The notes under the pieces are model-generated. The model saw nothing but the letters and a program-made list of their open reading frames with translations. It was not told the origin of the DNA and made no database searches. Source: an uncultured Acidobacteriota bacterium (GTDB lineage Bacteria; Acidobacteriota; Polarisedimenticolia; J045). Taken from it: 64,000 nucleotides of DNA. A program made the translations under genes and the position numbers. Positions 47,001-54,789 of this stretch are shown here, one piece after another (within the stretch, counting starts at the first letter, position 1; the number at the start of each line of letters is the position of its first letter). Where the stretch lies: contig CAVPCQ010000037.1 in assembly GCA_963702425.1 (NCBI GenBank), forward strand, positions 1 through 64,000, in the 5' to 3' direction.

Positions 47001-47154
47001 GTTCTCGGGCCACACCGGGGTCGGGCTGGCGGCCAACTTCGCCGGGCCCTGGGAAACACTCTGGCGGTTCGATGTCGGGTACGCGCTGGACAGCGACCTG
47101 CCCGCGGCGGAAGGGAAGGTCGACTTCTTCCTGGCGGTGCTGAAGCTGTTCTGA
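44023..47154 (+). CDS. Large exported protein: glycoside-hydrolase-like N-domain, LolA-like middle region, C-terminal outer-membrane beta-barrel
   Basis: Signal peptide; YRGTAWIDQ (LolA/DUF5686-like); alternating beta strands ending ..VLKLF. Domain names are inferred. Confidence 0.6.
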   Translation: MRGCTVLRPWLVVAACAAAIGAASGEGVDLVPGRPELTRPVHAIGLVLPDGTAPEAAAAALAPPEVRGEVSAPGRAWGALRIRWADAEAVPGTIDLTRWDPLVLALARAGQPLLVVIEGGHAAYGSFSADGLLPAAGTDAGAGLDAYRRGWNRLLREVARRWSGKVAAFAVDGALPGAAAPEATRLVAYEIKSAAVTVTAEAPASGFWLRARDAREAALIVAAFEASADLVPYVDGLLFATAAGEDLAARAAEERARWLAVEAAASLAFEASVPADLAATARDDAALERAAELLGGGADLALIEVPGPVAAAGAPPGARSIAAFAALVGPSYGLAPREGRGLDWIAPAAGVRWAYYFDEDRFREVAVYWAGPGLAAPGEATVRVERTLRREITLFDPLGRIATPPRLEPQADGTVLVTVPLAPRPLLLAIQREKTSPGGVGLDAAESESRSTRTVTAEEIIAAHQRFRAFQDDRLKTVQRPGQISFRARVGVSTGSLDLSVKADQFWEPATGGEWVILDTYFNGVKLNWNKFPELPFLSREKIVAAPLDLNLDRRYGYEYEGVEEVDGRPAWRLRFEPLADTVSLYRGTAWIDQRTAALLKVRLRFTKTEPPIISDEETQAYAPYEGPDGTSFWLPSRLDGQQIYTIAGANVVVLREIDFGAPAINGPGFAAARAQVYASDRQMLRDTDTGYKWLSKNEEGERTVLENGDPTQWFAVAGALRDSSTQGVVPLAGANYVDIDFRGKKEIFNAFLAGAFNNIAWTAPSFLGTRLDAGVNATLVGIKLVDSVYENAEEIPSQAVATIPQELRLTFGYPLGDFVKFRSTLGLGYINVRNADTTKNFVLPPDHFVYEGSLSVGFDRGGWSLGLRGAYSVRSQWAPWGPDGDLATPAEIATAKSFTTWEAAVQKSFFLPYFQKIELAATWYDGQDLDRFSDYDFGLFGANRLPGFGGAGIRFSRGGVFELTYGFNIAQVVGFDVDLEYGLVDDPQVAPGFSGHTGVGLAANFAGPWETLWRFDVGYALDSDLPAAEGKVDFFLAVLKLF

Positions 47155-47187
47155 AAAAGAACGGGGGCGCCGTTCCCGGCGCCCCCG
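47154..47187 (-). terminator. Rho-independent terminator of the cytochrome operon (possibly bidirectional)
   Basis: Hairpin CGGGGGCGCCG-TTCC-CGGCGCCCCCG with an A-run on its left, which is a U-tract on the minus strand. Confidence 0.75.
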
Positions 47188-47213
47188 CGGCGGTTCTTCG
47201 ATGCCAGGGCGAG

Positions 47214-47570
47214 CTAGGCCTTGACGTGGCAGACCTTGCAGTCCTTCTTCACCGGCCCCGACTTCTGGCCGGCCGCCACGGTCTTCTCGTGGCACTGCCA
47301 GCAGGAGGTGTGCACCGCGTCGGAGAGCTTGGGCGCCTTGTCCTTGGCGGCCGCCTTGTCGTGGCACGTTTCGCACTTCGGCGGGGTCTCACCGGCCTTC
47401 GTCGTGTGATGGCAGGCTTCGCACTTGATTCCCTTGTCGGCGTGCGCCTTGTGCGGGAAGGTCACCGTTCCCATCTTCGTGTCGAACTTGATGTCCGCCG
47501 GGGGATCCGCCGCCAGCGCGAACAGACCGCAGATCGCGAGTCCCAGCACCACCACGAGCGCTTTCTTCAC
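47214..47570 (-). CDS. Periplasmic tetraheme cytochrome c3 (class III)
   Basis: Signal peptide, VTFPHKAH, CEACHH, CETCH, CWQCH, CKVCH; GAGGAG RBS. Confidence 0.9.
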   Translation of the reverse strand: MKKALVVVLGLAICGLFALAADPPADIKFDTKMGTVTFPHKAHADKGIKCEACHHTTKAGETPPKCETCHDKAAAKDKAPKLSDAVHTSCWQCHEKTVAAGQKSGPVKKDCKVCHVKA

Positions 47571-47591
47571 CTTGTCATCCTCCTCGGCGGT

Positions 47592-48497
47592 CTATGCCGC
47601 GTCGGTTCCAGCCCCGGGGTCGGCGGTGCGCCCGCGGCGCCGCCGCACGACCGATTCTACGACGAGCGCCGCACCCAGTGCGGCGAAGGTCGCGGCCACC
47701 AAACCCCCGAACCAAAGATACCAAACATCGAAGTAGCTGCGAAACGCCCACGAGGCCTGGCCCGGCACGTAGCAGATCCGGCCGTCCACGGCCGCGGCGC
47801 TCGCACCCTCGTGGCAGGGCCCGCAGGTCTCGGCGATCCGGGCCGGGCTGACCTTCGACCGCGGGTCAGACGCGGGGTACACGCCGTGCTGGCCGTGGCA
47901 CGACTGGCACTGCGTGACGTAGCGGAAATCCCCCGAGACCAGGAAACCGTGCGGGCCGGTCGGCCAGGGCTTGCCGTCCGGGCGCGGCTTGACCGACAGT
48001 TTGAGCAGCGGATCCACGAGTCGCGGCGCGTGGCAGGCGGCGCTCGCGCAGGAGTGATCGAGGCCGGTCGGCAGGTAACGCGCCCGGTGGTCGGTTGCGG
48101 GGTACCACTGGTGCTCGGTGTGGCAGGTGGTCGCGCACCCCTGGAGGTGCTCGCTCCGGCCCTGGGCGGCCGCGTGGACATCCCCTTCGAACGCCTTGGC
48201 TTCCTCGCCGTGGCACGACGAGCAGGCGACCGTCTTCAGGGGCATCGCGTGCGGGGCGGCGGGGTCGCCGATCAGGTGGCAGGCCCCGCAGCCGAGCGCC
48301 TTGTGGACGCCGTCGTGGGACCAGCCGCGCAGGTCGATCGGCTGGGCCTTCCCCTCGGGGTGCAGCCCGTCGTGGCAGCGGCAGCCCACGGCCGGGTCGA
48401 GCGCGGCGGGGGGGGCGAGCGCCGCGGGCTCGTCCGCCGCCAGGGCGGCGCCCACGGCGGCGGCCAGCAGCACGGAGCAGAGCAGGCGGCGGCTCAC
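47592..48497 (-). CDS. Membrane-anchored multiheme cytochrome c (4 canonical + 3 atypical motifs; CbcA-like)
   Basis: GTGA overlap; signal peptide; CRCH, CGACH, CSSCH, CATTCH, CASAACH, CQSCH, CGPCH; C-terminal TM helix. Confidence 0.82.
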   Translation of the reverse strand: MSRRLLCSVLLAAAVGAALAADEPAALAPPAALDPAVGCRCHDGLHPEGKAQPIDLRGWSHDGVHKALGCGACHLIGDPAAPHAMPLKTVACSSCHGEEAKAFEGDVHAAAQGRSEHLQGCATTCHTEHQWYPATDHRARYLPTGLDHSCASAACHAPRLVDPLLKLSVKPRPDGKPWPTGPHGFLVSGDFRYVTQCQSCHGQHGVYPASDPRSKVSPARIAETCGPCHEGASAAAVDGRICYVPGQASWAFRSYFDVWYLWFGGLVAATFAALGAALVVESVVRRRRGRTADPGAGTDAA

Positions 48498-50494
48498 AGT
48501 CCCTCCCCTTCGCGCTCGGGATCGACGCCCTGCCAGGCGACGACCTCGTCGTACTCGTCCCGATGCTCTTCCTTCATCGCGTGGAGCGGCATCCCGCCGT
48601 CGATCCAGGTGCGGTTCATCGGGAAGATCCCCGGCTTGAGGTGCACCCCGAACATGTGCCATAGCAGGATCGCGGCGAAGGCCAGCAGGGCCTCGTACCC
48701 GTGGACGAGCTGCGAGAGCTGGACCACGATCGCCGGCCAGTTGCTGGCGGTCCAGAGCACGACCCCCGAGGCCACCATGACGAGCGTGCCCCAGACGAGC
48801 GCCCAGTACTCGAGCTTCTCGCGGTAGGTGTAGCGGCGCCCGGGGGGCGGCGCGTCGCGGAAGCCGAGGAACCAGGCGAAGTTCCCCAGCATGTCCTTGC
48901 CGTCGTGCAGCGCGTCGGGCAGCAGTTCCACGAACTCGCGCCGGCCGCGCCTGGTGAAGGCCAGCCAGTACAGGTGGTAAAGCGAGCCGCCGATCATCAC
49001 CAGCGCCGCCACGCGGTGGACCTGGCCGCGCAGGTCGAAGAGCGGCGGTCCGACCGCGCCCAGCTTGTCGGACCAGCCGGCGGGCATGTAGAGCGCGAAG
49101 CCGGACAGGACGAGGGTCGAAAACGAGATCACCAGGAACAGGTGCTGCACGATCTGGTTCCGGTCCCAGCGCACGACGACCCACTTGCCGTCGCGGTTCT
49201 CGAAGCGCGAGAGCGGCTCGATCCGGCGCCGGCGGGGGTTCGCCGCAGTCCCTGCGTGAGGATGGGCGTGCGCCGTCCGAAGCAGCGTCTTCTGCTCGAG
49301 GACCTGGTGCACCGCCATGAAGACCAGGGTCGCGCTGATGATCGCGAGGTAGATCCAGCGCGTCCAGCGCGTCCAGTCGATCCCCTTGACGATCGCCCGC
49401 GCGTGCGCCGGCGTGGACGCGAAGCTCGCGGTCGCGCCGGGGTGGCAGTCGGGCTGGCTGCAGGTTCGCTGCAGGTTCTGCGGGTTCACGCTCGAGGCCA
49501 GGTCGTGCTGCGAGCGGATGTCGTGGAAGCGATGGCACGAAGCGCAGTTGGCGACGTTGGAGGCGCCCCAGCCGCTGCCCCGCCCGTGATACGACTGGTC
49601 GTAGGTGGTGACGCTGTCGGGCCGGAGGTCGTAGCGCGAGGTCAGGTCGGGGTCGCCGTGGCAGCGCCCGCAGGTCGCGCTGACCTGGGCCGCGTAGGCG
49701 CTGCCGCCGTACTGCGGCCGCTGAATCGCATGCGCGCCGTGGCAGTCGGTGCAGATCGCCGAGGCGAGATTCCCGGCCTTCCACGCCTTGCCGTGCACGC
49801 CGCGCAGCAGCGCGTTCAGCTCGCTGGTGTGGCAGCGGCCGCAGAGATTCGGTTGGTTGCGTCGGTTGAGTGGTTCGGCCGGATCCTCCAGCGCGCGGAC
49901 CGCATGCGGGTGGTGGCAGACGTTGCAGGTCGGGGCTTCCGCCTCCTCTCCCTCGACCGCGGCGCGGCCGTGGACGGAGGTCTGCCACTCGGCGACCGGG
50001 TCGCGGCCGAAGGTGTCCTTCTTGTGGCACTGGCCGCAGGTCGCCCCGAGATTGTGGGAGTTCGTCCTCGAGGCGGCGTCTGCCGACGGGCGGATCTGGT
50101 GGCTGCCGTGGCAGGCTGCACAACCGGACTTGAACCCGGGGCCCGGCCTGATCTTCTGCGTGTGGATCGACAACTTCACCGTCTCGACGATGTCTCCATG
50201 GCAGGCGTCGCACGACGCCGGGGCGAGATCCGGGGGGTGGGGGATCGGGGGATCGCCGGCCATGTCGACGTGGCAGTCGCTGCAGGAAAGTCCCTCATGG
50301 ATCGAACCCTTGAGGGAATCCTCCACAACGACGAGCTGCGCGGCGCGTTCGCCGGCGTCGGACAGGCTCGCGGCGTCCGCGTGGCACGACGCGCAAATGG
50401 AGTCGTCGGCCCGGGCGACGGGCGGTGTCGCGACCAGGAGAGCGAACACGACGGCGGCCGCACACGCGAGCAGGCGGCCGGGTAAGCACCGCAT
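48494..50494 (-). CDS. 11-heme cytochrome c fused to cytochrome b (CbcL-like)
   Basis: 10 CxxCH plus CSQPDCH; VQHL, VHRVAA, YHL, YREKLEYWALVWG, VHGYEALLA, WHMF. Confidence 0.9.
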   Translation of the reverse strand: MRCLPGRLLACAAAVVFALLVATPPVARADDSICASCHADAASLSDAGERAAQLVVVEDSLKGSIHEGLSCSDCHVDMAGDPPIPHPPDLAPASCDACHGDIVETVKLSIHTQKIRPGPGFKSGCAACHGSHQIRPSADAASRTNSHNLGATCGQCHKKDTFGRDPVAEWQTSVHGRAAVEGEEAEAPTCNVCHHPHAVRALEDPAEPLNRRNQPNLCGRCHTSELNALLRGVHGKAWKAGNLASAICTDCHGAHAIQRPQYGGSAYAAQVSATCGRCHGDPDLTSRYDLRPDSVTTYDQSYHGRGSGWGASNVANCASCHRFHDIRSQHDLASSVNPQNLQRTCSQPDCHPGATASFASTPAHARAIVKGIDWTRWTRWIYLAIISATLVFMAVHQVLEQKTLLRTAHAHPHAGTAANPRRRRIEPLSRFENRDGKWVVVRWDRNQIVQHLFLVISFSTLVLSGFALYMPAGWSDKLGAVGPPLFDLRGQVHRVAALVMIGGSLYHLYWLAFTRRGRREFVELLPDALHDGKDMLGNFAWFLGFRDAPPPGRRYTYREKLEYWALVWGTLVMVASGVVLWTASNWPAIVVQLSQLVHGYEALLAFAAILLWHMFGVHLKPGIFPMNRTWIDGGMPLHAMKEEHRDEYDEVVAWQGVDPEREGEGL

Positions 50495-50645
50495 CGGGAG
50501 TTCCTTTCGAGAGGGGAGAACAGAGATTAACCGGTCGATAACTAAAAACCAACCGGTAATTTTCGTAATCCAGACGGCCTGTTCCTAACAGGTTGAGCCG
50601 GAGCGGGAAGCCATCCGCCCGTGGGGCCGGCCACCGCTGGGGCGC

Positions 50646-51371
50646 TCAGTCAGTGGCGCGGGGCCGCTGCTCGGCGGGGAGCGCCTCGGCCATCCGGCGC
50701 CAGACCTCGTCCATCAACGCGTCGCGGTCCTCGTGGGCTGGCCCGGCGGGAAAGACCGGGGCGAGGAAGCGGAGTTCGACCGTGCCCCCCCGGACGCGCC
50801 ACGAATGGGGCGGCTGCACCCGACAGGCTCCCACGATCACCAGCGGGATCACCGGCACCCCCTGCGCCACCGCGGTGGCAAAGGCCCCGCGCTTGAAGCG
50901 CTGCAGCCGTCCGTCGGGGCTGCGGGTTCCTTCCGGGAACGCGAAGAGGCGCTGGGCCGCCGGGTCGCGGAGATCCAGCTCTGCCAGCCTTCGGACGTCC
51001 CGCCGGCTTCCCGAGCGTTCGAGCGGGACCATCCCGGTGGCGCGCATCCCGAGGCCGAGGAACGGGATCCGGAAGAGCGAGACCTTGGCCACCATCCGGT
51101 AGGGGATCGGCAGGTACCCGAGCGCGAGGTAGACGTCCTGGGCGGAGGTGTGATTGGCGACGATCACCGCCGGTCCGGCCGCCGCGGCCTCCTCGCGGCC
51201 GTGGACCCGGACCGTGACGCCCGACACGCCGAGCGACAGGCGCCCCCAGGCCCCGATGATGCACAAAGCCCTGCGCCCGCCGGGGGAGACGAGCGACGAC
51301 CCCATCGCGGCGATCGCGAAAAAAGGCATGATGAAGACCTGCGTCGCGATCAGCGCCAGGGTGCGGAGCAT
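50646..51371 (-). CDS. plsC: 1-acyl-sn-glycerol-3-phosphate acyltransferase
   Basis: NHTSAQD, FPEGTRS. Confidence 0.88.
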   Translation of the reverse strand: MLRTLALIATQVFIMPFFAIAAMGSSLVSPGGRRALCIIGAWGRLSLGVSGVTVRVHGREEAAAAGPAVIVANHTSAQDVYLALGYLPIPYRMVAKVSLFRIPFLGLGMRATGMVPLERSGSRRDVRRLAELDLRDPAAQRLFAFPEGTRSPDGRLQRFKRGAFATAVAQGVPVIPLVIVGACRVQPPHSWRVRGGTVELRFLAPVFPAGPAHEDRDALMDEVWRRMAEALPAEQRPRATD

Positions 51372-51415
51372 GCGCCGAGGATAGCCCGCCCGCGGGGCGG
51401 GAAGGAGCGGGACGG

Positions 51416-51886
51416 ATGAGCCTCTTCACGCCGGCGACCCCCGAAGCCCGGCGGTTGCCCGACGAGAGCGCTCCCTGGTGGAGGCTGCTCGGCTGGTCGT
51501 TCCTGCTGGGCGGCGTCGTCGACTTGGCCTTCGGGGTGGGGATCCTCGCGGCCCAGGAGCGCCTCGCCCCCGTTTTCGGGATCACCCTCCCCACGCCGCG
51601 GGTCTACGTCGACCTGTGCGGACTGCTGCTGGTCGGGCTCGGGCTGATCTACTTCCTGGTCTTCGCCAACCCGCGCCGCTTCGCCCCCGTGGCGGTCGTC
51701 GCGACGCTGCTCCGCTTCGCCGGCATGGCGCTGTTCACCGTCGGGCTCTACTCCGGGCGGGCCGAGGCGTTCTTCGCGCACATCGCCAGGACCGACGCCG
51801 GTTTCGCCTTCGTACACGCCTTCCTCCTGCACAAGGCGGCGGGGAGCCTGGTCAACGCGCTGGTACGGCCGTACCGGGGCGAGTGA
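51416..51886 (+). CDS. Hypothetical 4-TM membrane protein
   Basis: AGGAG RBS; hydrophobic helices; leads the mla operon. Confidence 0.7.
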   Translation: MSLFTPATPEARRLPDESAPWWRLLGWSFLLGGVVDLAFGVGILAAQERLAPVFGITLPTPRVYVDLCGLLLVGLGLIYFLVFANPRRFAPVAVVATLLRFAGMALFTVGLYSGRAEAFFAHIARTDAGFAFVHAFLLHKAAGSLVNALVRPYRGE

Positions 51887-51894
51887 GCGGAGCG

Positions 51895-52665
51895 ATGACG
51901 CGGTTCTTTTTCGATGTCGGTCAGGTCACGCGGCTCACGCTGGACGCGGTGGGGGCGCTGTTCCGGCGCCCGTTCCCGGCCGGCGCGGTCGTGCAGCAGA
52001 TGTTCCGGCTGGGGGCGCGCTCGCTGCCGCTGGTCGCGTTGACCACGATCTTCACCGGCGCGGTGATGGCGGTGCAGACCGCCAACAGCCTGGGACGGTA
52101 CGGTGTCCAGGTCTATGTCGGGGCCTTCGTCGGCCTGTCGATGGTGAAGGAACTCGGACCGGTCCTGACCGCGGTGATGCTGTCCGCGCGGGTCGGTGCC
52201 GGGATCACGGCCGAGCTCGGCGCGATGTCGGTCAGCGAGCAGGTGGACGCGATGCGCGCGCTCGGGGCCGACCCGGTCAAGGTGCTCGTCCTGCCGCGGC
52301 TGCTGGCCCTGTTGCTGATGATCCCCGCGCTGACGATGCTCGGCATCACGCTCGGGATCCTCGGCGGGATGTGGGTGGCGGTGGCCGAGCTGGACCAGGT
52401 TCCCGGCTACTACTGGAGCAAGGTGATCGAGGTGATGAGCATCGGCGACGTGCTGTCGGGGCTCGGCAAGAGCTTCTTCTTCGCCTACTTCATCGGGATC
52501 ATCGCCTGCCACCAGGGACTGGCCGCCCACGGCGGCGCCTCCGGCGTCGGCCAGGCGACGACGCGCTCGGTGGTCGGGTCCTCGATCTCGATCTTCATCT
52601 CCAACTTCTTCCTCTCGAAGGCGCTGCTCTTGATGCAGACGCGCTTCGGACGGATCTTCTGGTGA
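51895..52665 (+). CDS. mlaE: MlaE-family ABC permease
   Basis: KELGPVLTAVMLSARVGAGITAELGAMSVSEQVDA, GVGQATTRSVV. Confidence 0.93.
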   Translation: MTRFFFDVGQVTRLTLDAVGALFRRPFPAGAVVQQMFRLGARSLPLVALTTIFTGAVMAVQTANSLGRYGVQVYVGAFVGLSMVKELGPVLTAVMLSARVGAGITAELGAMSVSEQVDAMRALGADPVKVLVLPRLLALLLMIPALTMLGITLGILGGMWVAVAELDQVPGYYWSKVIEVMSIGDVLSGLGKSFFFAYFIGIIACHQGLAAHGGASGVGQATTRSVVGSSISIFISNFFLSKALLLMQTRFGRIFW

Positions 52666-53429
52666 ACGCCGGCGACGGGGCCCTGATCCAGCTCGCCCAC
52701 GTGCACAAGCGCTTCGGCCCCCACGCCGTGCTGCGCGGGGTCTCGCTCGACGTGGCGCCGCGCGAGACCGTGGTCGTGCTCGGCGGCTCCGGCTCGGGCA
52801 AGTCGGTCACGCTGCGGCTGATCATCGGGCTGATCGCGCCGGATCGCGGCGACGTGTTCGTCGAGGGGCGGAGCGTGCCGCGGCTGAAGGAGGACGGACT
52901 GCGCGAGGTCCGGCGCCGGGTCGGCTTCCTGTTCCAGAGCGGTGCTCTGTTCGACTCGATGGACGTCTTCGAGAACGTCGCGTTCCCACTGCGTGAGGAA
53001 TCCTGGGACGAGTCGAAAGTGGCCGCGCGGGTGGCCGAAGTGCTCGAGCTGGTCGACCTGCAGCCGGCGGTCGGGGCCCTCGACCCGTCCGAGCTGTCGG
53101 GCGGGATGCGCAAACGGGTCGCCCTGGCCCGGGCGATCGCCATGGCGCCCCAGGCGATGCTGTACGACGAGCCGACGACCGGTCTCGATCCGGTCACCAG
53201 CTCGGCGATCAACGAGCTGATCCGCTCGATGCAGGAGCGACTCGGGATGACCTCGATCGTCGTCACGCACGACATCCGCACCGCGTTCGAGGTCGGAGAC
53301 CGGATCGCCTTCCTGCACAAGGGACACCTGCGCTTCGTCGGGACGGTCGACGAGGCCAAGTCCACCACGGACGAAGTCCTCGCGGCCTTCCTCGCCGGAC
53401 GGCTGACCGGAGGCGAACATGCCCGCTAG
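52662..53429 (+). CDS. mlaF: MlaF-family ABC ATPase
   Basis: GGSGSGKS, LSGGMRKRVALARA, YDEPTTGLDP. Confidence 0.93.
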   Translation: MNAGDGALIQLAHVHKRFGPHAVLRGVSLDVAPRETVVVLGGSGSGKSVTLRLIIGLIAPDRGDVFVEGRSVPRLKEDGLREVRRRVGFLFQSGALFDSMDVFENVAFPLREESWDESKVAARVAEVLELVDLQPAVGALDPSELSGGMRKRVALARAIAMAPQAMLYDEPTTGLDPVTSSAINELIRSMQERLGMTSIVVTHDIRTAFEVGDRIAFLHKGHLRFVGTVDEAKSTTDEVLAAFLAGRLTGGEHAR

Positions 53430-54789
53430 GAAATCCTCCCAGGACCTGCTCGTCGGGTTGACCGTCGCGGCCGGGATGGCGCTGCTCGCCGTCGCGATCC
53501 TCGTGATCGGCGGGCAGTCGAAGCTCTTCTCGAAGAAGTTCGGCTACCGCACGACCTTCACCGAGGCCTCGGGGCTGCGGGTCGGCGCTCCGGTCTCGCT
53601 GTCCGGGGTGCGGGTCGGCAGCGTCAGCGAGATCGTGCTGCCCAAGGACCCGCGGGCGGCCGGGATCGAGGTCGCGCTCGAGGTCGACGCCGGGTACGCC
53701 CCACGCATCCGCGAGGGGAGCGTGGCGCGCCTGGCGATGCTGCAGTTCGTCGCCAACGAGAAATCGGTCGAGATCTCGCCGGGGGACCCGGAAAGGCCGC
53801 AGGTCCCGGACGGAGCCGTGATCCCGGTCGCCCAGGGGCCGGCGCTGCTCGAGCGCGGCGCGACGATCGCCGAGTCGGTCGAGCGGATCACGGCCGACCT
53901 GGAGACGATCCTGGGCGCGATCCGGCGCGGGGAGGGGATGCTCGGCAAGGCGATCGTCGATCCCCGGTTCGGCGAGCAGGGGATGAACGACCTGCAGTCG
54001 GCGATCGCCTCGTTCCGGAGCCTCGCCGAGCGGGTCGTGCGGGGGGAGGGCCTGGCCGGGCGCCTCTTCTCAGACGACGCTGCGGCGCGCGACACGCTGG
54101 CCGACCTGAAGGCCGCGGCCCACGGCCTCGCCGCCTTCACGGCGCGCCTCGAGCGGGGGGAGGGGCTGGCCGGGGAGCTGACCCGGGGCGAGTCGAACCT
54201 CCTGCCGGAGCTGAAGGACACCGTCGCCGCGCTCAAGTCGGTTGCGACCGCGCTGGAGCGGGGGGACGGGCTGATCAGCCGCCTGGTCCGGGACGAGGAT
54301 CTGTCGCGCCGGGTGACCGCGAACCTCGACGAGACGCTGGCGCGCCTGGCGTCGATCACGCGCAAGATCGACGAGGGGCAGGGGACGATCGGGCTGCTGG
54401 TGAACGAGCGGGGGCTCTACGACGACGCCAACACGCTGATCACCGGGGTCAGGAGCAGCAAGCTCGCCAGCGGCCTGATCCGGCACTACTACGGCAAGGG
54501 AGCGAAGGAGCAACCGCCCCCGGGGACGCCCCCGGGAGCCGGGCCGGCAGCGTCCCCCCCGCTGCCCGGCGTCGCCCCCGTGGGAGCGGCTGCCGGGCCG
54601 GACGACCCGCCCCGCGCCGGGGCGCCCGGTAGTTTCGCGGAGGGAGTAATGCCGGCCGGACCCGGGGCGGTTCCCCCGGCAACTGGAAACCGTTCGTCTG
54701 AAAGGTCATATTCGCTCCCGTCGTCGTCGCCGCCTGGTCCGGCTGCTCCCCCGCTGCCCGGCGGCCTCGACCCGGAGGCCCTGTCATGA
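53419..54789 (+). CDS. mlaD: MlaD/MCE protein with helical repeats and a Pro-rich tail
   Basis: N-terminal TM, GLRVGAPVSLSGVRVGSV, repeated RGEG(L/M) units, GTIGLLVNE. Confidence 0.88.
   Translation: MPARKSSQDLLVGLTVAAGMALLAVAILVIGGQSKLFSKKFGYRTTFTEASGLRVGAPVSLSGVRVGSVSEIVLPKDPRAAGIEVALEVDAGYAPRIREGSVARLAMLQFVANEKSVEISPGDPERPQVPDGAVIPVAQGPALLERGATIAESVERITADLETILGAIRRGEGMLGKAIVDPRFGEQGMNDLQSAIASFRSLAERVVRGEGLAGRLFSDDAAARDTLADLKAAAHGLAAFTARLERGEGLAGELTRGESNLLPELKDTVAALKSVATALERGDGLISRLVRDEDLSRRVTANLDETLARLASITRKIDEGQGTIGLLVNERGLYDDANTLITGVRSSKLASGLIRHYYGKGAKEQPPPGTPPGAGPAASPPLPGVAPVGAAAGPDDPPRAGAPGSFAEGVMPAGPGAVPPATGNRSSERSYSLPSSSPPGPAAPPLPGGLDPEALS

Noticed and set aside
43896-48827. 1643-aa ORF and many other long overlapping or antisense ORFs (e.g. 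35524-38157, 27318-29348, 19127-20692)
   Set aside because: Shadow frames of real genes in high-GC DNA: Arg/Ala/Pro/Gly-rich or antisense to recognisable genes, with no motifs.
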